Source: Nitrospirota bacterium (GTDB lineage: Bacteria; Nitrospirota; UBA9217). Taken from it: DNA of 64,000 nt. The notes under the pieces are model-generated. The model was not told the DNA's origin and did not search any database. It saw only the letters and a list, made by a program, of their open reading frames with translations. The position numbers and the translations under genes were made by a program. Positions 1 through 9,938 of the stretch are shown piece by piece (position 1 is the stretch's first letter; each line of letters begins with the position of its first letter). The DNA lies in NCBI GenBank assembly GCA_963845065.1, contig CAWJQQ010000001.1, forward strand, positions 928,001 to 992,000, written 5' to 3'.

Positions 1-578
1 ACAACGCGCTTGAAATTTTCCAGAGGAAACTTGGCATCTATCGGCACGAGGTTTTGACCGAGCCTGATTACGGCATCTACGGCTTCGCCGCTCTTGAACC
101 GGTGTTGAAGCGCGTAATGTGCAGGCGGAAAGATCTGCGCTAGCAAGTCACCTAGGAACAACTCCCCCAGCCCTCCGCGAAGTTTTGGCGACCGCAGGAT
201 CTCCTGCAAGCTTGCAATGTCTTTCCCCACGTCGAACACCTTTTTCGTGGCCTCAGAGAGGCTGCCGAGTCCCTTGCTTACATCCTGAACCACTCGCGCA
301 GCGTTATCGAGTCGCGTATTCAGATCTCCCGTTGATTTCTGGAGCTGCTGCGTCACCTGGTTCAGCTGGGAGTTCACCTGAACCGAGATCTGGCCTAATT
401 GCTGGTTCACGGTCTCCTGGCTTTTGAGCATGGCCTCCGTCAGCTGACCGCGGAGGGATTGCACTTCCTGTTGGAGCATTCCGACCGTCGGATCGATAAC
501 CTTCTTCTGCGACTGGATTACGAGCCAGAGGAGGATAAGGACGACGGATGTTAGGAGTATGAGGATGGCAGTGAACAT
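1..578 (-). CDS. rmuC: DNA recombination protein RmuC, 5' part (runs off the window edge; absent from the ORF track)
   Basis: Manual translation from ATG 578: N-terminal TM helix (MFTAILILLTSVVLILLWLVI), coiled coil, then LRSPKLRGGLGELFL...VDAVIRL...VPIDAKFPLE, the RmuC signature. Confidence 0.85.
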   Translation of the reverse strand, partial: MFTAILILLTSVVLILLWLVIQSQKKVIDPTVGMLQQEVQSLRGQLTEAMLKSQETVNQQLGQISVQVNSQLNQVTQQLQKSTGDLNTRLDNAARVVQDVSKGLGSLSEATKKVFDVGKDIASLQEILRSPKLRGGLGELFLGDLLAQIFPPAHYALQHRFKSGEAVDAVIRLGQNLVPIDAKFPLENFKRV

Positions 579-657
579 TTAAGTTAGGAGCATAAAATAT
601 GGCGCGATGAATGTTGAGTCTGGAGCCCTGAAAAAGTTCTCTCTGAACTCTGGACTG

Positions 658-1656
658 CTACTTAATTTCAAGCATCCTGTCCAGCGACCGTTTGGCCGGG
701 ATGCGGATGTTTTCTGGCACTTTGATCACATGTTGCATATTTTCCATTGCTGTGAGCACACTTTCGAGCTTGGTCCGTTTCATATTGGGGCAGACCATTT
801 CTTTGTTTAATACATAGAACCTTTTGTCAGGGTTTTCTTTTTTGAGACGATGGAGGATGCCTTCCTCGGTGCCGATAATGAATTCTTTATGATTTGACTC
901 TTTGCAAAAACGGAGCATGCCTGAGGTGCTCGTGATCTGATCAGACATGTCCTGTACTTCAGGCGGGCATTCGGGATGTACGACCAGGACCGCATCGGGG
1001 TGAGCCGCTTTGGCGCGCTTCACATCGTCAACATCAATATGAGCATGGTGTACGTTGCAAAACCCGTCCCATGAGATGATCTTCTTTTTTGTCCGTTTTG
1101 CTGCATAGGCAGAGAGGTTGCGGTCAGGAATGCAAATGACTGTGTCTGCTTTCAGAGATTCGACGACCTTGACGACATTGGACGATGTGCAGCAGATATC
1201 GCTCTCGGCCTTAACCGCTGCAGACGTATTCACGTAGGCTACGACGGGTACCCCGGGATATTTAGCCTTCATATCCAGGAGTGTGAAATTATCAGCAAAC
1301 TGAAACGTAATGCCCATGACGTCCGTGTAGAGGTCTCTCCTCGTTTTACGCGGGCCATTGACTGTTACCATGTCTGCCATTGGACAACCGGCACCTAACT
1401 CCGGAAGCAAAACGGTCTTGTCAGGAGATAATATCGCTGCGCTTTCAGCCATAAAATGAACGCCGCAGAACACAATCACGTTGAAGTCCGTCTTAGCAGC
1501 TGCGCGCGACAGTTCAAGGGAATCGCCGGTGATATCAGCTATATCCTGCACCTCGGGGCGCTGATAATTGTGAGCGAGGATGATGGCATTCAGGTCTTTT
1601 TTCTGTTTGCGTATTTTATCGCGGAGGGCGTCGATGTCCGACGTTTGAGCACTCAT
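658..1656 (-). CDS. nadA: Quinolinate synthase A
   Basis: [48 protein letters not shown] motifs. Confidence 0.95.
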   Translation of the reverse strand: MSAQTSDIDALRDKIRKQKKDLNAIILAHNYQRPEVQDIADITGDSLELSRAAAKTDFNVIVFCGVHFMAESAAILSPDKTVLLPELGAGCPMADMVTVNGPRKTRRDLYTDVMGITFQFADNFTLLDMKAKYPGVPVVAYVNTSAAVKAESDICCTSSNVVKVVESLKADTVICIPDRNLSAYAAKRTKKKIISWDGFCNVHHAHIDVDDVKRAKAAHPDAVLVVHPECPPEVQDMSDQITSTSGMLRFCKESNHKEFIIGTEEGILHRLKKENPDKRFYVLNKEMVCPNMKRTKLESVLTAMENMQHVIKVPENIRIPAKRSLDRMLEIK

Positions 1657-2123
1657 ATGTATGCTGATAATACCGATAATTGCCGTCGCTTGTCAAATAG
1701 AAAGTACGGAAGTGAGCATGAATGCGCATGCATTTCAGTGATGCCCAAAGTTACAGACTTATATTTTGCCTGGACTTGTCCTGTGTTAAGTGCCTTGTAA
1801 AACTACAGAAGCTGCTCTTGCAGGGGATTAGGGATATTAAACAGTGGGATACCATCGCCGAGAATAATGGTATGAAAAGCAGGGGGCTTGTGATAGCCAT
1901 GTTTTTTTTATTGTTTTGATCCAGTATGGCCCTTTAAATCTCTTTTTCGCTTTTAATCCATAAATTCCTTTTTTCAACAATTTCCTGTAGCAGCACAATC
2001 GAATTTTTACGCAATTTGTAAATTGATAATTCATATAAAGGGCACCTCCGAGCATACCAGAATCCAAAATATTCTGATATGCTCTTGGGAAGAGACAGCC
2101 AATCCCATCCGAGGAGGTGCTTT

Positions 2124-2613
2124 ATGAGATTGTACTTAGGAATCGATCTACATTCAAGTAATAGTTATTTGGGGATCACCGATGAAACCGGCAAGAAAGT
2201 ATTCAAGAGGAAGCTGCCGAATGATCCAGAGATGATTCTCGCTACTCTTGCGCCATACAAGAATGACATCGTCGGCATCGTCGTTGAGTCAACTTACAAT
2301 TGGTACTGGCTGGTTGATCTGCTCATAGCGGAGGGATATACACTGCATTTTGCCAATCCAACTGCAATACAGAAATACTCAGGACTGAAATATTCAGATG
2401 ATCAGCATGCTGCGTTTTGCGTGGGCTTTTTCGGGGGCAGCAGAACTGGCACGGCGCTATTGTCCAGAGGCTCGCGCATATTACAACCTCAAGATGAAGC
2501 AAACAAACACCGTGATAACACATGTAGCGCTCGCTCACAAACTGGCGCGGGCAGCATACTATATTATGAGAGATCAGGTACCCTTCATGCTGGAGAAGCT
2601 TTTTGAATCATAA
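2124..2613 (+). pseudogene. IS110 DEDD recombinase remnant: N-terminal RuvC-like domain joined out of frame to the extreme C-terminus
   Basis: RBS GAGGAGG; YLGIDLHS...VVESTYNWYWL...ANP...KYSDD in one frame, then AWAF..AAELARR...ALAHKLARAAYYIMRD in another; the central part is missing. Confidence 0.85.
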
Positions 2614-2930
2614 AAATAGTCGTAGGCTGGCTGGGACGGTGAACCAGACATGTGCATGGCGAACCCGATTAAATTGATTGGTAATCCGTCCCACCCGATT
2701 ATACAGTTATCAGCATCATTACTGCCCAAGCCGTGAGCCACTACGTGCTGGTTAACAACAAGAATTGAACAATACTTCTGGACATGGCATGGAACCGAAG
2801 ATTTTCTGGTCCGCCACAAGGCGGAAAGGGTCATGGATATAGTGCTTCACCAATGACGCAGAGCCGGCTCCGCAGTCCTGTCAGACACGAAGCCGCCCTT
2901 CGGTGCGTGAAGGGCGCAGTTCTTGTCGCC
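2614..2930 (+). ncRNA. Candidate bridge/seekRNA (IS1111-type downstream non-coding region)
   Basis: Stem TGGGACGG (2632-2639) / CCGTCCCA (2686-2693) closes a large internal loop; further hairpin at 2894-2916; lies 3' of an IS110 recombinase. Confidence 0.45.
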
Positions 2931-3100
2931 TTTGGATTCTACTCGTTTTTTTATGGGAATTTTTTTTAGCGATATCCTATCCACATCGTCGTTATGCTGC
3001 TGAACTTTAACCCACCTTTTTTTGATAATATCTGCGTCAATAATTCCATATTCCGGCTTTTCTGTTGCGCACAGCATTCATTTCGGGTATTCTGTCCCTC

Positions 3101-4003
3101 ATGGCTGAGGGAAAAGCATTCAAATCAGGCTTCATCTCGATTATCGGCAGACCAAATGTGGGTAAATCCACGCTTTTAAACGCCCTTCTCGGGGAGAAGA
3201 TTGCCATTATCTCAGACAAGCCCCAGACAACAAGGAACCGCATCCTCGGCATTGTAAACAAGCCGGGTGCGCAGATAGTGTTCATTGACACGCCGGGCAT
3301 CCACAAACCCATGCATAAGATGAACGAGTTCATGGTGCAGACTGCATTGCGCACGTATAACGAAGTCGACATCATCCTCATGCTAGCCGAGTCAAACACG
3401 CCACCGGGGTCAGGGGACCAGTTCATCATTGAGACTCTATCAAGGGTGAAAACGCCGGTCTTTCTTTTGATCAACAAAATAGATATTATCAATAAAGAAG
3501 CGCTCTTACCACTTATCCAGCAATGCAGCAAACTCTATCACTTCGTCGAGATCATCCCCATTTCCGCGCTCAAAAACGATCTCGATGGCCTCCTCGATGC
3601 GATCCTGGAACGCCTTCCACAGGGACCGCAGTACTTTCCCGAAGACCAGCTTACGGACCAGCCTGAACGGTTCATTGTAGCCGAGATTATCCGTGAAAAG
3701 ATTTTCGAACTCACGAAAGAGGAGATTCCTTATTCCTCGGCAGTTGTCATCGAAGACATGAAAGAGGATCCGGATATAACGCGCATCCACGCGGTGATTA
3801 TTGTTGAGCGCGATTCGCAGAAGGGGATCCTTATCGGCAAGGGCGGCAGCATGTTGAAGGAGATAGGAACGCTCGCCCGGCGGGATGCGGAGAACCTGCT
3901 CGGGACAAAGATATTTCTGAAACTCTATGTCAAGGTCAAAAAGGGGTGGCGCGAAGACGAGCGGATACTCAAGAATTTCGGGATACTGGAAGAAGGGAAT
4001 TGA
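3101..4003 (+). CDS. era: GTPase Era
   Basis: GRPNVGKST, QTTR, DTPG, NKID, and KH domain with QKGILIGKGG. Confidence 0.97.
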   Translation: MAEGKAFKSGFISIIGRPNVGKSTLLNALLGEKIAIISDKPQTTRNRILGIVNKPGAQIVFIDTPGIHKPMHKMNEFMVQTALRTYNEVDIILMLAESNTPPGSGDQFIIETLSRVKTPVFLLINKIDIINKEALLPLIQQCSKLYHFVEIIPISALKNDLDGLLDAILERLPQGPQYFPEDQLTDQPERFIVAEIIREKIFELTKEEIPYSSAVVIEDMKEDPDITRIHAVIIVERDSQKGILIGKGGSMLKEIGTLARRDAENLLGTKIFLKLYVKVKKGWREDERILKNFGILEEGN

Positions 4004-4035
4004 GATTGCGGCCCGCAGCGTAATTGAGGGAATCT

Positions 4036-4656
4036 ATGCACGAAATGATCAGTTGGCTAGTACATACTATCGGTGCCTTGGGCTATCCCGGGATCTTTCT
4101 GCTCATGGCCATGGAGAGTTCGGTTATTCCGATTCCGAGCGAGTTGGTGATGCCGCCTGCTGGTTATCTATCCCAACAGGGGCAGATGAACATGATGATG
4201 GCTATCCTGTGTGGTACGGCTGGCAGCCTCGTCGGCGCCTACGTGAACTATTTCGTAGCCCACTACCTTGGAAGGCCGCTTATACTGAAATATGGTAAAT
4301 ACGTCTGGATTACAGAGGAGAAGTTCTCCAAGGTGGAGCGCTTTTTCAAGGACCATGGCGAGATATCGACTTTCATTGCCAGGCTCCTACCTGTCGTGAG
4401 ACATCTTATTTCGCTCCCTGCTGGTCTCGCGGGCATGAACCGCCTTAAGTTCTTGCTCTACACGATTCTCGGTGCAGGCATCTGGGTCACCGTGCTCTCG
4501 TGTATCGGCTACTTCATCGGAGCAAATCAGGATTTAATCATGAAGTATTCTCACCAGGCGCTCATCGGCGTGTCGATTGTGAGCGCAGTCATCATAGCTG
4601 TATATGTCAGGAACCACCGGAAAAAGAAGCAAAATGTTGGCTCTGCTGATATCTAG
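4036..4656 (+). CDS. DedA family membrane protein
   Basis: MESSVIPIPSELVMPPAG and ARLLPVVRHLISLPAG motifs. Confidence 0.92.
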   Translation: MHEMISWLVHTIGALGYPGIFLLMAMESSVIPIPSELVMPPAGYLSQQGQMNMMMAILCGTAGSLVGAYVNYFVAHYLGRPLILKYGKYVWITEEKFSKVERFFKDHGEISTFIARLLPVVRHLISLPAGLAGMNRLKFLLYTILGAGIWVTVLSCIGYFIGANQDLIMKYSHQALIGVSIVSAVIIAVYVRNHRKKKQNVGSADI

Positions 4657-4762
4657 TGGAAGCCGTTTTTTGGTGTTAACTGTTCTGCCCAAAATTTGAT
4701 ACGCTCACATAACGTCAAGATGCATGAACCCGGTGATCCGTAGTTCCGAATAAATTTCATGC

Positions 4763-5554
4763 ATGCTATATCAGGATCCCATAGCATTATGGATCGGGAG
4801 AGAAGCCGTGACAAATTGTCAAGTAGGCGTGGGTCGTTTTAGCAAGCGTGATCCCGGATACCTGCTCATTGTAGACAATAACGTCAATGACCTCTATTCC
4901 TTGGCTATGATCCTTCAACGTTTCAATTACAATGTATGTACAGCCACTACGGGGAATGACGCCTTCGAATTAGCAATAGTGGCAGTTCCAAAACTGATCA
5001 TCACCCCCCTTGATCTTACCGACTTACCCGGAACCGAACTAGTTAATCGCCTTAAGTGGGATTCGCGAACCTCGAGTATCCCGGTCATCGTTATCAGCGA
5101 TGTGCCAGCTCTCGAATTCGAGCAGCAGTGCCACAAGGCAGGAGTTGTCGCGTTCCTGATCAACCCGATCCCGGCCGAAGTTCTCTTCAGGACTATTCAG
5201 AAAACAATTGAGCAGACACCACGCGGTAATATACGGATCCGGACACTGTTGTCCATAAGCATAGACAACAAACCTCTTGATAGTGAGAAAGGCGAGTGCA
5301 TTACCGAGCTGTCGGAGTATGGCATGTATGTAAGAACCCTGGAACCATGTCCTCAGCGCACTCGAATTGCCATCCGGTTTGAGCTCGGCGGCAGGTCTAT
5401 CGCTGGAGAGGCAGAAGTACTCTACTGCCATCGCTACGGCGATGGACCTTTCAAGGAGCCCGGCATGGGTCTTAAGCTGGTGGCTATCAGTTCGAGCGAT
5501 AGGAACTATGTCAAGACCTATATCAGGGAAGAAATCATGAAAAACATTCCCTAA
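4763..5554 (+). CDS. Receiver-like domain plus C-terminal PilZ domain protein; start uncertain
   Basis: LLIVDNN...PKLII...IPVIVIS receiver fold; RGNIR (RxxxR), ELSEYG and GMGLK PilZ motifs. Confidence 0.8.
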   Translation: MLYQDPIALWIGREAVTNCQVGVGRFSKRDPGYLLIVDNNVNDLYSLAMILQRFNYNVCTATTGNDAFELAIVAVPKLIITPLDLTDLPGTELVNRLKWDSRTSSIPVIVISDVPALEFEQQCHKAGVVAFLINPIPAEVLFRTIQKTIEQTPRGNIRIRTLLSISIDNKPLDSEKGECITELSEYGMYVRTLEPCPQRTRIAIRFELGGRSIAGEAEVLYCHRYGDGPFKEPGMGLKLVAISSSDRNYVKTYIREEIMKNIP

Positions 5555-5618
5555 GGAAAGAAGTCAGGGAATTATGATTTTCGTAAACTCGGGAAGAAAA
5601 TTTAAAAATATAGAAAAA

Positions 5619-5660
5619 CGGCACGGGAAACCTCACATGCTTTAGCGGTGGGAATACAGC
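5619..5660 (+). repeat. IS200/IS605-type subterminal hairpin remnant
   Basis: GGCACGGGAAACCTCACATGCTTTAGCGGTGGGAATA resembles the copies at 13850, 36408 and 40918. Confidence 0.45.
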
Positions 5661-5944
5661 AAGTTTTTCGAGCTCATTGAACTTTTTTTGCTTCAAGACA
5701 GTCCGTATCGACGGACTGCTCTCAACAATTATTTAACTATACTTACTAATCTGAATAGAAGCATGTAAACTTTAAGCCATCGCCATTTTCTTTACTATTT
5801 TCTCTCCCCATAACAGTGTATAATGACTTCATTCTTTTTCGATAATGAAATGCGTTTGCATCTGAACATCCTGCATTCCCGATTACTGCATAGGGAAATA
5901 AAGGAAAAATCCGTGTGAATCCGTAGCTGTAAATCAATTCCTTC

Positions 5945-6697
5945 ATGAAATCCAAAACCGAAGCCATTATCATCAGCAGTATGAATCTAGGCGAGGCGGA
6001 CAAACTTGTCACGTTTTTCTCCCTCGATCAGGGCATGCTCAAAGGTGTAGCCAAAAATGCGCGGAAATCTTTTAAACGCTTTGGTGCAGGGCTCGAGAGC
6101 TTTACCCTCGTCCGACTTTTGCTCTATGAGCGTGAGCACCAGGAAATGGCACGGATCGAATCAGCTGAGATTATAGAGCAGCACCCTGGGATCATAGCCG
6201 ACCTTGGATGCTCTGCTGCTGGGGCTGTCATGCTTGAACTGGTGCGGGAAATGTCTCCCCTCGGCGAGCGCAACGCGCAGGCTTTTCTGCTCCTTTCTTA
6301 TATACTTCATCTTCTGGACGCAGGCAAGGATCCGCTCTTTCTGCTCAGTATCTTCAAGATCAAGTTTCTGTCGCTTGTTGGCTACCAGCCTAAGCTAGAT
6401 CATTGCCTTTCCTGCGGGATCCAGCCGAAAGGGGAGATGGCGTTCCTTGGGCTGAAAGGCGGCATTCTCTGCCCGGACTGTATGGTATCTTCCGGAGAAC
6501 CGCAGGTGAAGCTTTCTCCCGGTGCAGTCGGCTTTTATTACCAGGCGCTTAGGATGGAGATGGACAAGGTTTGCAGACTTAAACCATCGGACGGTATCGT
6601 ACGTGAGCTCGACATGGCGTTCACCTCCCACACCTTTCATATCCTCGGTAAGCGGCTCAAATCAACGGAGTTCCTGAAGGTAATAACATCATTGTAG
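5945..6697 (+). CDS. recO: DNA repair protein RecO
   Basis: LGEADKLVTFFS, GVAKNARKS.KRFG, CxxC...CxxC zinc finger; near era. Confidence 0.95.
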   Translation: MKSKTEAIIISSMNLGEADKLVTFFSLDQGMLKGVAKNARKSFKRFGAGLESFTLVRLLLYEREHQEMARIESAEIIEQHPGIIADLGCSAAGAVMLELVREMSPLGERNAQAFLLLSYILHLLDAGKDPLFLLSIFKIKFLSLVGYQPKLDHCLSCGIQPKGEMAFLGLKGGILCPDCMVSSGEPQVKLSPGAVGFYYQALRMEMDKVCRLKPSDGIVRELDMAFTSHTFHILGKRLKSTEFLKVITSL

Positions 6698-6779
6698 GGT
6701 ACTTCTCACTACACTTTTCACTACAGTATCACGGCGGAAATGAGGGATTCCTGAAATTTTCAGGCTGCTTTTTTCCAGG

Positions 6780-8333
6780 TCATCGTGGTTTTGTGACGGA
6801 AATTGATTTTTTCGGGATTCCTGCCAGCAGGATGAGGCTTACGATCACGCAGGCATAGGAGAAGATGTCTCCGAATCGGGTATACAGGGACCGTTCAGTA
6901 CCCGGTTCAAGCTTGTGAGTTAAATATGCTTCAGTGAATATTCCCGAGGTTTCGAGAATCCTTCCCCGTGAATCGATAAATCCCGAAATGCCCGTGTTTG
7001 CAGCGCGGGCGACAGGCACGCGGTTCTCAACCGCCCGGAAAACCGCCATAGAAAAGTGTTGGTAGGGGGCGGCCGTCCTTCCAAACCATGCATCATTCGT
7101 GATCGTTGTCACAATCTCGGCCCCACGATCGACAAATCTTCTGACGAGATCGGGGAATATAATCTCATAACAAATGACCGTACAAAGCTTTACGTTTTTT
7201 CGCTGTCCTGGTTCGCCATAGGGCACCGTCATAACCGTATACTCGTCCCCAGCCTGAAAATCGCCATTCGTCTTCACCATCTTTTCGATAAATAACAGGA
7301 CTTTATTGAGCGGCACGTATTCACCGAAGGGGACCAAGTGTATTTTATGGTATACAGCAGCGATGTGCCCGTCTCCCATGATCAGAAATGCAGAGTTCCT
7401 TCCGATGATCCGCCTGTTAGGTTGCATCTCATAAGTTGGGCTTCCGGTGAGCAGCGGCACATGGTTCTGCCGCACGAATTCAATAAGATCTGCAGTCATA
7501 ACGCGATCGTTCGTACCGACTCCCGTAAAATAGAAGGGGGTAGAGGTCTCAGGCCAGATGATTAGGTCTGGTTGCTGCCTCAGAGCGTTTTGTGTCAGTC
7601 GTTTGTAGGTTGCCATCACATCTGACTGGTACGCAGGGTCCCATTTTTTGTCCTGCTCGATATTTCCCTGAACAACAGAGATGTTGATCCCACTGCCGGA
7701 TACTTCAGGTGCTCGGAGTTTCATAAATCCGTAGCCAAGAACGAAGATTACAACGACGGCAGTGGTGATGATCGGGACATTATTTTTCTTGTCCAAGATA
7801 ATTGTCGCCAGTGCGGCATTCACTAGCACTATAATGAACGAAACTCCATACACACCTGTGATGTCAGAAATCTGTATGACCGGAAGTACAGTGTATTGCG
7901 TATAACCGAGCAATGACCACGGGAATCCGCTGAACACATACGTCCGCGCAAGTTCAAAAGTTGTCCAGATCAAAGGTGCAGCGACGAAAAACAGTTTCGG
8001 TTTATTGTTCCTGATGGTGACAGCACAGGCGCCAAACAAAGCCGGGTAGAGCGCGAGGTAAGCGCAGAGGAACAAGTTGATAAGGGATGCGGGGATGAGC
8101 GGATAACCGCCATAGAAATGTATGGAATTTGTGATCCAGTGAATCGTGCCGGCAAAGAACACGATGCCCGTGATACTGCCATGCCAAAAACCGTTTTTGA
8201 CATTCTTTTCCTTGAGCGCGAAGAAGAGCGGAATAAGGCCAACCCAAGCAAGGAAATGGAGATTGAAGACAGGAAAGGCTGAGGCGAGGAGAATACCGGA
8301 AAACGCGGCGAGGGCCGCGGACCGGGGGTTCAT
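6780..8333 (-). CDS. lnt: Apolipoprotein N-acyltransferase
   Basis: GFPWSLLGYTQ, VQGNI, WPET, YHKIHLVPFGEY, ICYEIIF, TNDAWFG, RAANTGIS. Confidence 0.96.
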   Translation of the reverse strand: MNPRSAALAAFSGILLASAFPVFNLHFLAWVGLIPLFFALKEKNVKNGFWHGSITGIVFFAGTIHWITNSIHFYGGYPLIPASLINLFLCAYLALYPALFGACAVTIRNNKPKLFFVAAPLIWTTFELARTYVFSGFPWSLLGYTQYTVLPVIQISDITGVYGVSFIIVLVNAALATIILDKKNNVPIITTAVVVIFVLGYGFMKLRAPEVSGSGINISVVQGNIEQDKKWDPAYQSDVMATYKRLTQNALRQQPDLIIWPETSTPFYFTGVGTNDRVMTADLIEFVRQNHVPLLTGSPTYEMQPNRRIIGRNSAFLIMGDGHIAAVYHKIHLVPFGEYVPLNKVLLFIEKMVKTNGDFQAGDEYTVMTVPYGEPGQRKNVKLCTVICYEIIFPDLVRRFVDRGAEIVTTITNDAWFGRTAAPYQHFSMAVFRAVENRVPVARAANTGISGFIDSRGRILETSGIFTEAYLTHKLEPGTERSLYTRFGDIFSYACVIVSLILLAGIPKKSISVTKPR

Positions 8334-8334
8334 G

Positions 8335-8739
8335 CTACTTTGACGCTTTCTGTTCCTGCATCCATTTTAAGAGCCCGTCCTTCATGCTACTGTTGATGGG
8401 CTCGCTAGCTGATGCTGAAAGCGATGGTTGCTGGTGCATCGGCTGGGTATTGCGTGATGCACTCTTCTGAGGTTTTGAATTTGGAGCGACGGCCGGTTTC
8501 ACGGCCGAAGGCCGCTGCTGCGCCGGCTGCCGCTTCTGCTCCTCCTGAACAGCGAGGCTCAGAGTGGAAATCGCATGCCTGTACAGAATTTCCCGCTTCT
8601 GGCCTTCCATGATGATGACGTAGCTGTCGAATGCCTTAATTTTCCCCGAAACACGAATCTTGTTCTGGAGCGTTACAGTTACGGGTGTCTGCTCGGTCAG
8701 ATATGTGTTCAGCATCCGGTCGAGGAGATTGATTTCCAT
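8335..8739 (-). CDS. Hfq-like (Sm-fold) protein with a low-complexity C-terminal tail
   Basis: VTVTLQNKIRVSGKIKAFDSYVIIM...ILYRHAISTL; GAGGTG RBS before ATG 8739. Confidence 0.8.
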   Translation of the reverse strand: MEINLLDRMLNTYLTEQTPVTVTLQNKIRVSGKIKAFDSYVIIMEGQKREILYRHAISTLSLAVQEEQKRQPAQQRPSAVKPAVAPNSKPQKSASRNTQPMHQQPSLSASASEPINSSMKDGLLKWMQEQKASK

Positions 8740-8757
8740 GGAGAACACCTCATTCAA

Positions 8758-9276
8758 CTACCGATTGATTGTTGTGATCGAATGTTTATAGAATAAATGT
8801 TGTTTTCCGCCTTCTTTCAGCAGGATCGTAAAACTGTCATATGCTTCGATATTCCCCTTGATACGCTGCCCGTTGATCAGATATAGCGTAAGCACCTGGT
8901 TTTCCTTGATAGCTTTGTCGAGAAACTCCTGTTGGATGTTCGGTCGTCCTGACGCCGCCTCTGGCAGCTGCGCATGATCAGAGACTACAGGAATGACTTG
9001 TGGCGCGGAAAACGCAAGGAGAACCTGCGGAGCGGTGAGAAAGGATATTTCTTGCTTTAAAAGAGTGACGATCTTGCCACCTGAATCAAGATTTATTTCG
9101 TACCGCCCGATTTCGCGGATGATTCCCTCAAATTCGGTTGTGTTCATCTGGCCAATATGAAGCTTGATACCGCTTGCTAAAGCCTGTGACAGGAATTGAG
9201 GTTCTACAGTTACATTTGATTCTTCCTTCAATACTTCCATTGAGAAAATCATATCTGAAATTATTTCTTTTTGCAA
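8758..9276 (-). CDS. Hfq-like protein with tandem Sm domains (degenerate N-terminal, canonical C-terminal); start uncertain
   Basis: C-terminal NIQQEFL...LYLINGQRIKGNIEAYDSFTILL...LFYKHSITTI; N-terminal EPQFL...FEGIIREIGRYEINL...LLKQEISFL follows the same pattern. Confidence 0.8.
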   Translation of the reverse strand: MQKEIISDMIFSMEVLKEESNVTVEPQFLSQALASGIKLHIGQMNTTEFEGIIREIGRYEINLDSGGKIVTLLKQEISFLTAPQVLLAFSAPQVIPVVSDHAQLPEAASGRPNIQQEFLDKAIKENQVLTLYLINGQRIKGNIEAYDSFTILLKEGGKQHLFYKHSITTINR

Positions 9277-9530
9277 GGAAATTGTGCGGACCGTTTGTTT
9301 GACTCGTTTAGTAAAAACGACTAGGGCTACGTTTGTCCGTTATGAAGTTAGAAATACGACACGTTTCTTTCCGGAGTGGGGCTTCCAAAGGGTTAAGGCA
9401 AAAAGATATAGAAGAAGATGTTTTCATCATTGAAAATCTATATTCACTTGATGAATATTGCGTCCTTCTCACTGCAGCAGAGCTTTTTCTTTATTGACTT
9501 TTCATGGTGTATAGCCTAATATCCAACGCT

Positions 9531-9899
9531 ATGTATGAGCTTATGGTTGAATCAAAATTTGCAGCGGCCCATCAACTTCGAGGTTATCAGGGTAAGTGTG
9601 AAAAACTCCACGGCCATAACTGGCGAGTGACAATTGCCGTGACAGCTGAAAGACTAGATGAACAGGGGTTGGCAATAGATTTTCAGGATATGAAAAGTGC
9701 ACTCCGTGAGGTGCTCGACCAACTTGAACATTCTTTTTTGAACGAAATATTCCCTTTTACTCAGATCAACCCATCATCGGAAAACGTAGCCAAGTGGATT
9801 TACGATAACATGGCGAAGAAAATCGATGATGAGAATGTCGAAGTCGCGAGCGTGACCGTCTGGGAGTCCGACACAGCATCTGCTAGTTACTTTGAGTAA
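9531..9899 (+). CDS. queD: 6-carboxy-5,6,7,8-tetrahydropterin synthase
   Basis: FAAAHQL...CEKLHGHNW...NPSSEN...VWES. Confidence 0.93.
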   Translation: MYELMVESKFAAAHQLRGYQGKCEKLHGHNWRVTIAVTAERLDEQGLAIDFQDMKSALREVLDQLEHSFLNEIFPFTQINPSSENVAKWIYDNMAKKIDDENVEVASVTVWESDTASASYFE

Positions 9900-9938
9900 A
9901 TTCTGTTTTGCTTTACCGCAGGGCGCAGAGGAGGTAAC

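Larger units (their letters stand above)
2070..2960 (+). mobile_element. IS110-family element, internally deleted (non-autonomous); ends approximate
   Basis: Recombinase remnant at 2124-2613, short upstream region and about 340 nt of structured downstream non-coding sequence. Confidence 0.7.

Noticed and set aside
119..427. 102-aa + strand ORF
   Set aside because: Antisense shadow of rmuC, which has clear family motifs on the minus strand
8740..8760. In-frame TAG between the two hfq-like genes suggesting readthrough to a three-domain fusion
   Set aside because: The downstream gene has its own GAGGTG RBS and ATG; nothing indicates recoding, and in-frame adjacency occurs by chance one time in three
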